A stretch of 64,000 nt of DNA, taken from Eledone cirrhosa (taxonomy: Eukaryota). The position numbers and the translations under genes were made by a program. Shown here one piece after another: positions 10,961-24,373 of this stretch (positions within the stretch are counted from its first letter, which is position 1; each line of letters starts with the position of its first letter). The stretch lies in the NCBI GenBank assembly GCA_964016885.1, contig OZ024740.1, forward strand, positions 146,258,001-146,322,000, read 5' to 3'. The notes beneath the pieces were generated by a model. The model had not been told where the DNA came from. It did not search any database and was given only the letters and a program-made list of their open reading frames with translations.

Positions 10961-13235
10961 CTGAAATTACATTGGAAATTATTAGGTACTGATATAAAAG
11001 TGAACTCATTCTTACAGCTTTAAGAGATTTTAGCTCTTGTTTATGAACAATACTGTGGCCAAACAGTAGAAATATTTCTTCAACAGTTAAATAGCTACTA
11101 CCATTTATATATCTGCTCTACCACTCTCAGAATAGTTTATATATGTTGCTGTACGAATGGCCATTTGTATATTAATCAATCTAAGTTGTCTTAACTGCCT
11201 AAATCTTGGTTTATTTCCATGGCAGTTATTATCAATCTACCTTACACCATTATTTCAGCTTTTCTCTTCTTGCTTGATACCCATATCATATCAGATGTGC
11301 TCTTGACAAAATAATAACCAATACTTGAATAGATCTACCCAAAGCATAACTTAACAGATCTAACCAAAACAAAACTATTTCAACTATTCATGAGTTATTA
11401 TCATCATCACCGTTTAACGTCCATTTTTCCATGCTAGCATGGGTTAGACAAGTTGTCTCATTGTGAGACAAGCTAGATCAGATGGCCATGTCTTGCTCAT
11501 ACTGAACTGTTTCTGACTTGGTTTCTACAGCTGGTTGCCCTTCCTAATGCCAACCACATTTACAGTGTGGACTGAGTGTCTTTTCTCAGTGGCCTGTCTG
11601 CTGAGCTGACTTTTCAGAACATCTAAACATATATATTTAAACATTTAATCTTTATGATCCTGTAGTTAATTCAAATGCTTATTGTATCTATACTAGTGGA
11701 CAGGTTATTGTGAAAATCTGCAGTCAACTAAAACAAAGACTTTAATACTAAAACAGACTTTAAAATGTGATGCAGTCAGTGCTGTTTTATATATTTCAAC
11801 ATCGTCTTCCTAATGCATTTTCATGCAGTACAGGACATTAAGAGTTAAACTGTGTCTTTTATTATGTTTCTTTATTTTAGGATGTTCATCATCACCATTT
11901 TTATATCCACTTTTCCATGAGGAAATGAATTAGATGGATCTGTTTCAAAATGGTATTTCTCTACATGAATTGCTCCTTGTAAAGCTCAACATCCTAATGT
12001 ATTTTCTCTAATGATCACATATAAAGACAATGTTTTAACCCTTTTGTTACTATTTTCTTATGAAATATACTGAAGGAATTTAGTAATATAACTTTTTTGT
12101 TATTTACCTGGTATTTGTAATATAATCTAACAAAGGTTCTTACATAAGAGTACAACAGAAGGTTTTTAGATAAATATAAACACTTTAATATAAACTGTTT
12201 TTATCACAGAACCAGTTATGGTTGACAAAATAGAATCTAGACTATCTCTTTGTAGGCCTAATAAATTCATATATTGCTTTCCCCTTACACTATGTTATAC
12301 AAATATTTCAAATATCTGTTGGCAAAGTTACTTTACACATAAAGTACTAATGGTTTAATGAAAGTTCATGTTGAACTGTTTAGAAACCATAAATAGAACT
12401 TAAGATATTAGCATTTTCATGTTTACTTCAATTGAAATTGCATACTAAAACTATCATATTGTAAACTTTATACTATTTCATACAAAAATCTAATTGCTAC
12501 TATCTATTTAAATGAAAATGAAATTTACAGCTCACACATATGCAAGTTTAGCTCACTTTCTGCAAGGTTGAATTTCATAGGTTTCTTGAGTGTTTTAATG
12601 ATAGAGGTCCAAGTTTTATCATGAAAAGCAATGTGAAATGAAGTATCTTGCTCAAGAACAAATCATACTGCCTAGTCCAGGAATCAAACCCGCAGGCATA
12701 CAATTGTCCCACACTCTTACCACAAGGCCATACACCTTCATATTTTCTTTTATCCAAGCAACAAATAAAATTTTAAAATAATTATATGAAAAGGATTTTA
12801 TTAGGTTATTATTCAAATCTGATAGGTGGTGAATTGGCAGAATCATTAGAACATTGGATTGAATGCTTTGCAGTATTCATTTCAGCTCTCTGAGTTCAAA
12901 ACCCACCACGGTCAACTTTGCCTTTCATCATTTCGTGGTCAATAAAGTAAGTACCAATCCAGCACTTGGGTTGATTCTTCCTCTTTATTTTGCTCACCCC
13001 CCCCCCCTCTCTCATTCTCCTCTGAAAGAAATTGGCTGTATTCAGACATGAAGAGGGGATGGGTTCTACCAGATTTGAAGTACCCAAGACACTCCATATG
13101 TCACAATGGCACTCCTATGACTCCATCAAAAGTTATAAGTCCATACATATGTACATTCAACTCGGAAGATTCTTAAAAGTCCTTTTTACTGTTATTAATA
13201 TTCAATGTTTCTAAAAATAAATATAATTTCCTCAC

Positions 13236-13342
13236 CTTTCCACGTATAAGGTATGGTGGTACTATCTCAATGTCAATATCTTCACACAATTTCTTGCTTT
13301 CCATTATGACAAAATCTCCTGCCAGTGGCGATTTTACAATTG
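13236..13342 (-). CDS. ACTL6A: ACTL6/BAF53 coding exon 7 (107 nt)
   Basis: (A)IVKSPLAGDFVIMESKKLCEDIDIEIVPPYLIRGK; ttctag acceptor, gtgagg donor. Confidence 0.95.
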
Positions 13343-13723
13343 CTAGAAATAGAACACAAACAATATCTTAGATAACATTCAAATTAAAATTAAAACAAAG
13401 TTTGATCAATATTTCTGATTAGGAGCTAGAGTTTATCTAAAATAATCTAAAATGGATAATTTTTATGTCCTTTCAATAAAAAATGTATATAATCTTTCTG
13501 CTTATAAGAGTCTAAAATTCACAAAATCAATTATTTATAATCTATCGAAGTTTGTATTTCAGCCTATTTTACTTTTTTTTTTTTTTTTATTCCTCTTACT
13601 TTTAAAAAAAAAAAAAAAAAATTGAAAATATAGTTACCAACAATGCAGATAACTATAAGTAATTGTTGAGTAAAATCAGATAACAAAGTCTGTTTGCATT
13701 TGTTACACTTAAGAGCTTCTTAA

Positions 13724-13920
13724 CCCATCAGCATTTAAACCGGCTGTATCCAGCCAGAATTATCTAACCTCTTTCTGTTCAAACCGGCAGTAACCGGCTA
13801 CTCATGTTGATCAACTTAAAATAAATAATATCAAAATCTTATAGATTCGGTATTATGTGAGATAAAGTGTTTACTGTGAAAATATAATAGTAAATATAAA
13901 GTAATATAAATGCTAAAGGG
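13724..13920. mobile_element. piggyBac-like MITE (family A)
   Basis: TTAA at 13720-13723 and 13921-13924; termini cccatcagcattta / taaatgctaaaggg. Confidence 0.8.
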
Positions 13921-15049
13921 TTAAAAGACAATTCTTAGCAGCCAGTGTAATGATTAAATGCATTCACTTGGTATACAAGTGATGTGTGGTTCAATCCCCC
14001 ACTGATTTCTCTGCTCATTATTTTCCATCTCAGGTAACTTTGTGGTTAATGCCAGTACATTGAAGTAGGGTTGTTTTTTTTTAAAACTGTTTCTTACTCT
14101 TTGTGTAGGAGATACATGCGGTGCACCGCATGTATCTCCTACATGTTCTTTCTGAGTCAAAGGCCTGATGAACATCTACTTGCACAGAGGTCCTCACGAA
14201 ACTCAGTACCTACTCTCACTTCACTGACAGTTCCTCTGTACATAGCTTGCACTGCTCTCACAAGTCATTCATTTATACCCAATTTCTTTAAGGACCACTA
14301 GCTTCCATACTCTCCTGCTACAGATTTTCATGTGTTTCTTCTTCAGTCTAGTGCTTATACTGATGTCACTAATAACTCAATGTATGTGGTGCTTTCTTTT
14401 CTGGGAAAAGACTATTCATAACCATCTGTCTAACCTGTTTTCTAATGAGTAAAATGTTAATCTGGCTTGAGTGTTCACCTGATTTGTAGGTGATCAAGTG
14501 GATGGTTGATTTCCTGAAGTTAGTTCATTTACATCACAGAATTCAGTGTAGCCATCTTGGTGATGCCCAACATGCCCATTGAAGTCGCCAGCTAGAATGA
14601 CAAGGTCTCTGTCATCTATACCTGAGGTACTCTGAAAGAGTTCTTCACAGAAATTGTCCTTTTGTTCTTTACTTAGCCCTGATTGTGGTGCATAGGTAGA
14701 GTGATAATTCTGTCACTTATTCTAACTATTTAATTTAGTGTCTATCTACTTCTCTGCTAGTAAAATGCCTACTCCACCTTCCCAATCATCATCTCCTACC
14801 CATGAAAGCATTTTCACAATTTTCCCTGATCTACTTTTCAGTTTGCCAACTGAGATGACAGCCCTGTAATGTGTTACCTAAAAGTGATGCTCTCTATACC
14901 TGAAAGAGAAGCTTTCTCTGTCATCATCATCATTGCTTTTGTCAACTTTCCCATGGGTTGGATGGGATATTTTGAAGCAATATTTTAAGCTGGATGCCCT
15001 TCCTGATACCAACCCTTTTAGTGGCTTCTTGACAGAAAAGGAAAATCAT

Positions 15050-15425
15050 CATCATCATCACCATTTACGTCCGTTCTTCCACGCTAGCATGGGTTAGACG
15101 GTTGTCCTGTTGTGGGCAGTGTCCGGTCGGCTGACCTTGTCTTGCTCATACGGGAACTGATTCTGGCTTGATTTCTACAGCTGGATGCCTTTCCTAACAC
15201 CAACCTCATTTACAGTGAGTGCTGGGTGCTTTTTTTCCGTGGCGCCTACACGTCCACTTTACAGTGTGGACTGGATGCTTTTTTGCCGAGGCACCTCCAC
15301 GACCACATTGCAGTGGAATGATAGGGACCCCTTGTCCTATCATCTCATTTCTACAGCTGAGTAAACTGGAGCAATGTGAAATAAAGTGTCTTGCTCAAGG
15401 AAACAATACATCACCTGGTTCGAAA
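15050..15425 (-). mobile_element. tRNA-derived SINE with an (ATG)n tail
   Basis: Reverse-complement relative of 31175-31510 (shared cctccacgaccac.ttgcagtggaatgatagggacccc and aaataaagtgtcttgctcaagga). Confidence 0.75.
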
Positions 15426-15840
15426 ATGTAGTTATATAATTGTTTCTACTTTTGGCACAATGCCAGCAATTACCAAGTACATTATTGGTACTTTATTTTA
15501 TCGACCCCGTAAGGATGAAAGGCAAAGTTAACCTCGGCAGGATTTGAACTCAGTCCGTAAAGGGACGTAACTCTATGCTGGTAAGCATGGTATCTGACTC
15601 TCTACCGATACTGCCAATCCACAGCCCTTATGTATAGTTATATAATAATAATAATGAAACTTAAGAAGTCAGCTGCCCTGCAAATGCTAAGGGACCCACA
15701 TATGATTCACCAGTCTCACATTTACTTGTATTTCTAGCTGCAAAATAACAAATAATCCTGTTGATATCAATGTATAAAGTACTTGGTTGTGTTTTAATTT
15801 GCCTATGAAGTAGCAAAATTAATCAAAGTGTATAACTTAC

Positions 15841-15935
15841 CTTGTGTTAAAACATAACCATCATAGACAGGTACAGCAGTTGTATGTGTGGCACCACTGT
15901 CTAAAATTAACCCTGTTGAACGGCCATTTGCAAAA
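15841..15935 (-). CDS. ACTL6A: ACTL6/BAF53 coding exon 6 (95 nt)
   Basis: [31 protein letters not shown], the actin phosphate-2 region; ccag acceptor, gtaagt donor. Confidence 0.96.
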
Positions 15936-16037
15936 CTGGAAATTGTTGTTAAGGAATCATTCTTTCAATTTAAAATCCTTTCCATGCTCAGCTAAGAGAG
16001 GTTTGCTAACTTACATCCTGCATCGTACTTTCTTTAA

Positions 16038-17255
16038 CCTATCTGATACCAGCTCGCCCAAAATTTGGCTCTGGTTCTATGAAACAAAATTACCCATATT
16101 AAAGAGTTTCTATTCAAAATCTTCTCACATAACTTTATATAAGAACTAAATTTTAAGTTACTTTCTTTGTAAATGAGATAAATAATAATTTTAGAAAAAA
16201 AACCTCCAAATTCTTCATTAACTCTTAATGTCCTGTACCACAAAACCACATTAGCAAGACATTCTTGAAAAGTACAAAACATGCTATGACTACATCACAT
16301 TGAAGTCTTTGGTTTACTGCAAATTTTCACAAAGATATTATAGAAAAAATAAAATAAAACATTTGAATTAACAAACCCATTTTTAGATATTTTCTGCTAA
16401 ATCATTACAGGATGTTAAGAGTTCTTCTTCTTCGCCTACTTATTCCTGGAAAGGTCATGGGGGCAGAGTCTGCAAGCATGCCTTCCAGCAGATCCTGTCA
16501 GAAGCATTACTTTCGAACTAATCTGGCTGGATCCTCAAGCGGGACCAAATTTGTCCAGTGATTCTTTCCTGAGACATTCTAACCACACATCCAAAATATT
16601 GGAATGGTGATCTCTCAATTTGGAGAAGTAGCAGCATTATCTGGAGCAACTCTCTAAGCTACACACTCTATCAAGTAATGTTGCCCCAAAGATTCAAAGA
16701 GGAACTCCATTTTAGTCGCTTGTATTAGCGATTATATCCTTTCAGTTATTACCTAAGATTCATGAGGAATAATGAATTGAAGATAGTGAGTTTGGCTTTT
16801 ACACCTATCTCCCTTCTTCTGATGACTGAAAGCTGAATTACTGCACCAACTCCTGCAATTCTTGCACATAATCCAGCCTCCTGCCTTTCATCACTCATGA
16901 ACATGGCCCCAAGATACTTGAACTTCTCCACTTGCTTCAATGGAACTTCACTCGTGATGAATGCACTGCTTAGGCTTCCTTGAGAGGATGAGCGTTTCAG
17001 TTTTTGCAGCACTGGCTTTCGTTCCTGTTGTGCAGCACTCAGCAGCAAACCTGTGAAGTGCATGTCAGAGATTAGCTTCTGATGAGTTAAGTAATACCAT
17101 GTTGTCTGCAAATACCAGTCTTGATACCATTTCCGACCTGGCTGCGTATTTCAATCCTGTTTGTGCTAATTATGAACAGGAAAGGCAACAATACAATGTT
17201 AAGAGCTAATTAATTAAAATAGAGTGTATTCATTTGGAATACAGTCACGAAAGGG
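16038..17255. mobile_element. Nested cluster: TTAA MITE family B containing TTAA MITE family C (from 16222) containing a 5'-truncated RTE LINE (16422-17195, minus strand)
   Basis: Outer TTAA at 16034-16037 and 17256-17259; inner terminus ttaa-ctcttaatgtcctgta; the RTE is bracketed by the direct repeat ATGTTAAGAG (16412-16421 and 17196-17205) and has a (GAA)n tail and LKQVEKFKYLG homology. Confidence 0.82.
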
Positions 17256-18399
17256 TTAAATACTAATGCAAAATATTGTATTAGAGATAATGTACGACTG
17301 TGACAATACATTTTTTTGTTAGGTGGGTATCTTTTTTCAGAGATATCGATGAAGTGAGGTGATATATAGTAATTATAATCAGTTGGTTGTTGGACTCTTG
17401 TTTCCAGTGAAAAGTGTTCCAGTTGATTCAATCAATGGAACTGCCTGCTTGTGTAAGTGGCAGAGCACTCCACAGACACATGCACCCTTAACATAGTTCT
17501 CAGGGACATTCAGCAAGACAATGTATGACAAAGCTGGTCCCTTGAATTGCGGGTACAACTGAATTTTGCCAGCTGAGTGGATTGGAGCAACATAAAATAA
17601 AGTGTTTCACTCAAGCACACAACATACCGTCCAGTCAGGTAATCAAACTCATGACCTTATGATCATGAGCTGAACACTAACTAATAAGCCACGTGTCTTC
17701 ATATCGAAGACAGAAAGAAATTTAACTACATATTTACATGCAGGGCTTTTACAGACATATATAAGCAAAAATTAAAATTATATATTTGAAGTTATGCTCA
17801 ACTATCTATCATCTTTCAGTTGTCTATCTTGTTATTCCTACTGCATGTTTGATTGATTGGAGGAACAGACAAATCACTTAACTTATTTTGCTTTATTTCT
17901 GCTCAGCTACCATTAATAGTTAGCTCACAGTATATTTCACACATCACCTAATCTGTCATGTATAACAGTTCGGGACAGCTAAGTCATACAATATAAATAA
18001 GAATGTAAATATCCTTAACCCTTTCACTACCATATTTCTAATTATACAGCATTTCAATAAATTACTGAAGAATTTGGAAGGGTTTACTAAAATTATTAAT
18101 TATTTCATTACTAAGATAGAAACCTAATATATGATTCTTATATATAAAATTATGTTAAAAGAATCTAATTTAAATAAGAACGGTTTAAAATGTGTGGTTT
18201 TGTTTTATAGAACCAGAAGCAGTTATCAAAGAGGTCAGTACAATACAGGTCTAATTTTCAGAACGATCTATGCGCTATTTCAATCATTTGAACAATTCAT
18301 ATATTGAGGGACAGCTTCAACATTTTCATGTAATTTTGATTTACCTTCCATTATTATCATTAAAAAGAAAGAAAAAAATACTTTAATCCTACCATTCTA

Positions 18400-19715
18400 A
18401 GTTGATGGGTTAGATGGGTCTTCTCTAACACAGTTCCTTGTTTTCCTATTCTAATGGTCCCTCCACTTGGATTGTCTTACACTTCTATACCCAACTGTCA
18501 TGCTCCATATGTATCACATGTTCATAGCAATGCAGTCTTCTCTCTTGCATACATCTCATTCTTCTTACATCTTGCTTTCTCCTCAGCTCATATGTGCTAT
18601 ATTAACTATGCTCACTAACATTACACATTCATTAAAATATGCTCATCCTCCACATTCAGGTCCCATGTTTTGCTACCTTGCAGCATCCCCTTTCATACAC
18701 AAGCACTACAAAGTCTACCCTTCATTCAAAAAGAGAATCCATGTGTTGCCAGCAGTAGTCACCTAGTTAACAAACATTATTTACTTCTAGAGAACCTTCC
18801 AAGCATTTGAAATAATATATTTTATATGCTTTTATTAGACAAAGTGATTCTTTTCTGTCGGCCTACCTGTGACCCTGTGTGTACCTAATTTACAATTGGC
18901 AAACATTACAAAGTGCTTACCAACTCCTTTTCTACATATTGAACATGGCTTCTTTCCTGCTAATTAGATCATTTATCCTTGCGAGACTCACTTTGAAGCT
19001 TCTTAATTCTAGGCTTTGCTTTCACATATGTAATTTCTTTGACAGTTTTAACAGAGAGGTAGATAATTGGACTATAAGTTCCCACACATATGTTACAGCC
19101 TGGGAACTATTATAAACAGGAGTTCTGACAAACACATATCTTCTCACTAAAATTTTCACTGAATTCATTGCTAACGCTTGCTTTTTTTACATCTTTGTAT
19201 ATAGCTCACTCAGATCTCATAAGCAATTCCTCTACACCTAATCTTCTTAGTGACCACCAAACTACAGAGCAGGGCACCTTGTCAAAAGTCAACAAATGGT
19301 GAACGGAGGAATAATCTTAAAGAACTTCTCCAGTAGTTATCTAATTAGGAAGAGAGTATCCATAGTACCCCATCCAGGCACAAACTTGAACTGCATCACA
19401 TCTAAGCTCATTTTTTTCCTAAACAGTTGTGCTATAACATTTTCTGTTATTTTCATATCTTGGGTTCATCAATTTGCTGCCTCTGTAGTTGCTTCTTTCA
19501 AAAGTATCTCCTTTGTTTTTGTAGTTGTTGATGATAATACTACTACTCAAAGGCCAGATTATGACATCTTCCTCAACTACCTAATTAACTATGTAAGTGA
19601 CTAATTAGTCAATGCCTTACTTCAATGGATATATTCAACATCTTAGCAACTATCCCTGAATGTCCAGCTGCTTTCCATGCCTTCATATCGTTAACTCATT
19701 TGTTAGCAACCCACA
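18400..19715 (-). mobile_element. Highly decayed RTE LINE fragments
   Basis: Patchy similarity to the RTE at 1-1100 (ccaggcacaaacttgaactgcatc; cttcttagtgaccacca; ccagctgctttcc). Confidence 0.65.
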
Positions 19716-20952
19716 CAAATAGTTCATTGAAACAAAAAACATGCACTTTAATAAGTTCTTATTTAAATTAAAACCTTTCAACATGATTTTATGTAAGAAT
19801 TGCTTGTTACAAATACTATTTTAATAATTAAGAAATAAATGATTTCAGTAAATCCTTCACTAATTAATTGTAATACAGTGTATGTCATTTGAAATATGGT
19901 AATGAAAGGGTTAATCCCTCATATTCTTTTGGGTGCTCAGAGCTCACCCTCTCTTATGCACACTTTCCTTATTTAACAAACTTTCTTACTAACATCTCCA
20001 TGTCTCTTTCTAGTTTCCCACTGATGACTGGCTGCATACTTATACACTGCTTTGCAATCCAAGACACTTCATTTTACAGAACATTGGCAAACTTCCTACT
20101 TCACTAATTATTTCAAATACAGTGTATTTTATTAGAAATATGGTAATGGAAGTGTTAAACTAGCTTTGACAACTTTTATTTATGACAGCAACTTAGCTTT
20201 TCACTGAAAGCCAGAGTACCAGAGTTATCAGCATACACTGTTGTACTATGTTACAGATTCTAAAACACCTCATATCTGTAAATGCAAATATTTGGTTATT
20301 TGTTAGATAACAGTTAATATTAAGTATAAAATTTTAAAAGCTATTTCTTAATTAAGTAGTTTAGCCCTTTTGATACCAATTTGGTCAAAAACGACTCTGG
20401 TTCTATGAAACAAAACCACTCCTTTTAAAGGGTTATTTAAATTAAAATCTTCCATCATCATTATCCTCATCAATGGCTGTCTGTCTGCAGTAGATTGCAC
20501 ACTAACATGACTTAGTTCCTTCCAAAGTCTCCTATTTTTGCATAGCTTCAATTAGTTCATATAAATTTATAGACATTGTAAATGCCTCCAAATTCTTCAT
20601 TAATTAATTAAAATACAGTTATGACAGACTATGAGAAACAATTTTAAGATGAGTTACAGCACTGTGTATCTTAATATAAAAACATAAATACAAAATGTAT
20701 TATCTAAGTTAGATATCCTTCTATTTCTTTTTATTTATACTAGAGTGCTTTATACCCTCAGTTATCTACTTTACTATTTAAGAATTTAATAGAATGATTC
20801 AAGTGGAGGTCAGGTTGCTTCTGATAGGATCCTTTGGAAAGTGTCTGAGGACTCTGTCCCTTGACCCTCCCAGGAATAAGTGAGTATAGAAAAGAAGAAC
20901 AAAATGGTTACAACAAAATCTAAATTATTAAAACAACTGATTAAAAGGATAC

Positions 20953-21050
20953 GCAGAAAGAACAGCATTTTTACACAGGAAGAAGGCTGGAACATTATAT
21001 TTCTCAAACATGACTTCAGTTAATGTCTCTCGTTTAGCTTTTGTGTTCCA
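20953..21050 (-). CDS. ACTL6A: ACTL6/BAF53 coding exon 5 (98 nt), followed by a U12-type donor
   Basis: [32 protein letters not shown](A); ttctag acceptor; donor reads GTATCCTTTT. Confidence 0.95.
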
Positions 21051-21274
21051 CTAGAAGATAAAAGAGAAAAATCTAGATATAAACATGTATATCACAATTA
21101 ATGACATACCTCCTCTACCATGCATAACATAAAATAATTAGGTTTCCTTCATAATTATTTTTATTCAACATAAATAGACAAAAATACATCACAATAGTTT
21201 TGTGAATTCACTTTAGAACTTATCTATTATTAAACATACATTTATCATTAAGCAAATGAAAATTGAAAACTTAC

Positions 21275-21375
21275 AGCAGGCTCTGACATCATGACAGGAT
21301 GAAGGTGGGATTCAGATTTAATGTGTCGAGAATACACATAATCAACTATCTTCTCATAGATTTCCCAGTTTTCAA
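21275..21375 (-). CDS. ACTL6A: ACTL6/BAF53 coding exon 4 (101 nt)
   Basis: (I)ENWEIYEKIVDYVYSRHIKSESHLHPVMMSEPA; atcag acceptor, gtaagt donor. Confidence 0.95.
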
Positions 21376-21986
21376 CTGATTAAAACAAAATATACAATAT
21401 ATTTCTTTAAATATTTCATAATAGTTTAAAATATCATTTAGATTGTATCTTTAAATATAAAAGAAATAATAGATTGACAAGAACAAAAGCATTAATAGAT
21501 TAAAAAAAGGGAATAGAAATAAAGAGAGACTTATGTAATTTTTTTATTCTTTTACTGGTTTTAGTCATTCGATTGTAGCCATAATAGTACACTGATTTCA
21601 AAGGTTTTAATTTGATCATATCAATACCAATTCTTATATTATGGCTCATAGATTTTAACCCTTTTGATAATAACCAGACCAAAACTGGTTCTGCTTCTAT
21701 AAAATAAAAATTAAAATCTAGCAATATTATATAGAACCATATGTTAAGTTACTATCTTCATAATGAAATAATTAATGATTTTAGTAAACCTCGTGAAATA
21801 GAGTGTATTTCTTGAAATATGGTCACAAAAGGATTGAACCTATAGGTCTTCCGTAAAATGGTAAGATAGAATTAGCCATTCTTGAAGAAATGGTAAGACA
21901 GAAAAATTAGTACATCTATTTGTACATTAAAACAATAAAGAGAAAGAGAGATAAATATTGAATTTTGTTGTTTTGTTACTACTTAC

Positions 21987-22152
21987 TCATGCCATCTTTC
22001 AGGAATGTGTTTACTTCCATTCCTTTCCTTGGCACCTTCAAATAATTAGTATCAATATAATACTTTCTTTCAGATTTAGGTAAACTTTCGGCCTCATTCT
22101 CAGTAAATGGAACTTCTTCATCCACAATCCCAACAACACTTGGGAGTTCAGC
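21987..22152 (-). CDS. ACTL6A: ACTL6/BAF53 coding exon 3 (166 nt)
   Basis: AELPSVVGIVDEEVPFTENEAESLPKSERKYYIDTNYLKVPRKGMEVNTFLKDGM; ttttag acceptor, gtaagt donor; phase compatible with both neighbours. Confidence 0.94.
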
Positions 22153-23307
22153 CTAAAAGATAAGAAAATGACTTTTGTCAAAATGTCATGATAAATTTTA
22201 AGTAATTTTCCATATTTAGCAAACATATTAAAACACCAATTGCACAGTACTGCGTCTATAGAGATTATTGATGTGTGATTCCAATATGGAAAGAGGGTCC
22301 GACTGAATAATCTGTGGGCTACCATCACCGTATGACAGCAGATGTTTTGCCATGTGTTATGCATGTCTTTGAATAGACTAACGAAGGCCTTCCTTAAATA
22401 GAAACCAGAAGAAGGGTGTATGAAACAAGGCAAACCCATCAAGACATGGGCCTGGCCTGGGAGCAGGCCTATGACAAGGCTTGCGACCGTGTAGAATTGA
22501 GATCCCTTGTAGTTCAATGCTCCATAGGGAGCAAAAGGAATTAAAGATATTTAAAAGCCCCTTCAAGAATCTTATGATTCAAAATGAGTGAACAATTACA
22601 CATCAATTTACTAGACATAGTAAATGCTTCTTCATGTAATATTTACAAGATCTATTTACCCAATTGGAAGAAAAAGAAGATTACTCTTTCATTTTAACAG
22701 GATACATTTTCAAAGATAATTAAATATTTGATTTTGAGTCTTTCTATTATTGTATTCATTGCCTTTAAAAAGTGTGCCATTCTTTGGCTTTCATTACACC
22801 TTCCCAAACTATTGGTTACAAAATATATTCCCTTTTAATAAAGTGTACGAGGGGTTTGAAGGTTTGCAGAGGGAAATATTTTAGACACAGTATGAATGAT
22901 GGATACATTAGATGGGAACTTACTAGTTTAAGGGAACAGGAACTGTTGTAGTAGCAATAAAACAGATATAAAGAGCCAGCCAGTGCTCCATAAGAAGGAG
23001 GAAGAGGATGGGAAGGAGAAGGAAGAGGAGGAGTAGAGATAGTGCATCAATGGACTAGGAGTGGAAACTTGTATGATCTATCTTTAGATGTTATGTGTGT
23101 GGATGCACAGTCCCAGATATGTAAGCAATACTCTAATGAAAGTTGCTCATAAGCTCTATAGAAAGTCTCCACAACTATTACAAGTTGAAATATTTTCTGG
23201 TCCTGATAAGGATGGCTAGACATTGTGAATGCAGTCTTGGATATGTTATTGACATATGCTTACATGAGGTGTAAATTCTTACATTAACACTTTAGCTGAA
23301 TATTTAA

Positions 23308-23960
23308 TGCTTAACAGTCTATAAAGATTTAGCAGGTAATATCTAAAAGCAGGTTTGTTAATTGAAATATTTGTAATATCTTTACTAGTAGACAGATCAT
23401 TGTGAAAATCTGCAATAAACGAAAGTAAAGACCTCAGTATTCGGTCATCAAAAGAAGGGAGGTAGGTGTAAAAGCCAAACTTGCTATCTTCAATTTGGTC
23501 ACAAATCTCGGGTAATGATTGAAAGATTACAATCGCAAATACAAGTGGCTAAAATAGTTCCTACGGAGGGTCTCTGGAGTACTGTTGATAGAGAGCATAA
23601 ATCAGTGTCACTCCAGATAAAGCCGCTACTTCTTCAAATTGAGAGATCATAGCTCCAATATTATGGACATGTGGTTAAAATGCCTCAGGAAAGAATCACT
23701 GGACAAATTTTATGGGTAAAACCAACTGGTAGGAGACCCAGGGGTAGACCCTCAGCAAGATGATTGGATAACATCCATGAGGCCGGCTGGTCTTGCTTGG
23801 TGATCCAGCTGAATCAGTTGGAGACGGCTGGTTCTGACACGACCCTCCCACGAATATGTACGTGAAGAAGAGATCTGTCAACTAGTAAAGATACTATAAA
23901 CATTTGAATTAAGCATGTTTCTAGATATTTTCTGTTAAAATCATTGCAGGATATTAAGAG
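23308..23960. mobile_element. RTE 3' fragment (about 23445-23875, plus strand) flanked by two inverted partial copies of the same MITE family C end
   Basis: Left arm gatttagcaggtaatatctaaaa...tctttactagtagacaga; the right arm is its reverse complement, ending caggatattaagag-TTAA; the middle matches 53270-53725. Confidence 0.7.
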
Positions 23961-24296
23961 TTAAAGCACCATTTCTTTGACAATAGATCAAATAGGGCTA
24001 CTACAAGGGAAATAATTCTTTAAGTAGCAAATGAGAAAATATAGGCAATCTGTAGCAAAAACATTGTTGGGAATAAAGTACGATAAGATTGTAATGTAGA
24101 TAAAGTTGTGAAAAATATTGTCTCAAAATATATACTTAAAGCAGTATTTCTAGTTGATCTATATTTTTTAAGAATTAAGGAAAGAAAAAGAAAAAAAGAA
24201 AAAGTAAATATATTAATGCTCCATATAAAAGTTAAAAAATAAAAACAATTATACGTTTGAAATTTTATTTTCTTTGATAAAATAAAATTCACTTAC

Positions 24297-24373
24297 TTTT
24301 GGACTATCTTCTCCAGCATATCCAGCACGAAATGAATAAGAACCAATATCAAATACTAAAGCACCAACTTCAT
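24297..24373 (-). CDS. ACTL6A: ACTL6/BAF53 actin-related protein, coding exon equivalent to human exon 2 (77 nt)
   Basis: Translates (D)[25 protein letters not shown], matching the N-terminus of ACTL6A/BAF53; tttgtag acceptor and gtaagt donor. Confidence 0.96.

Larger units (their letters stand above)
15936..20952 (-). other. U12-type (minor spliceosome) GT-AG intron of ACTL6, 5017 nt
   Basis: 5' splice site GTATCCTTT (20952-20944); branch site TTCCTTAAC (15956-15948) followed by only 12 nt (aacaatttccag) to the exon; no long polypyrimidine tract. Confidence 0.93.

Noticed and set aside
21105-21125. ATGCATGGTAGAGGAG|gtatgt on the minus strand, resembling a short first exon
   Set aside because: It lies within intron 4, and its phase-1 donor is incompatible with the phase-0 exon 5 acceptor.
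22038-22517. 159-aa minus-strand ORF as a separate gene
   Set aside because: It overlaps ACTL6 exon 3 in a different frame and the remainder has no recognisable homology.
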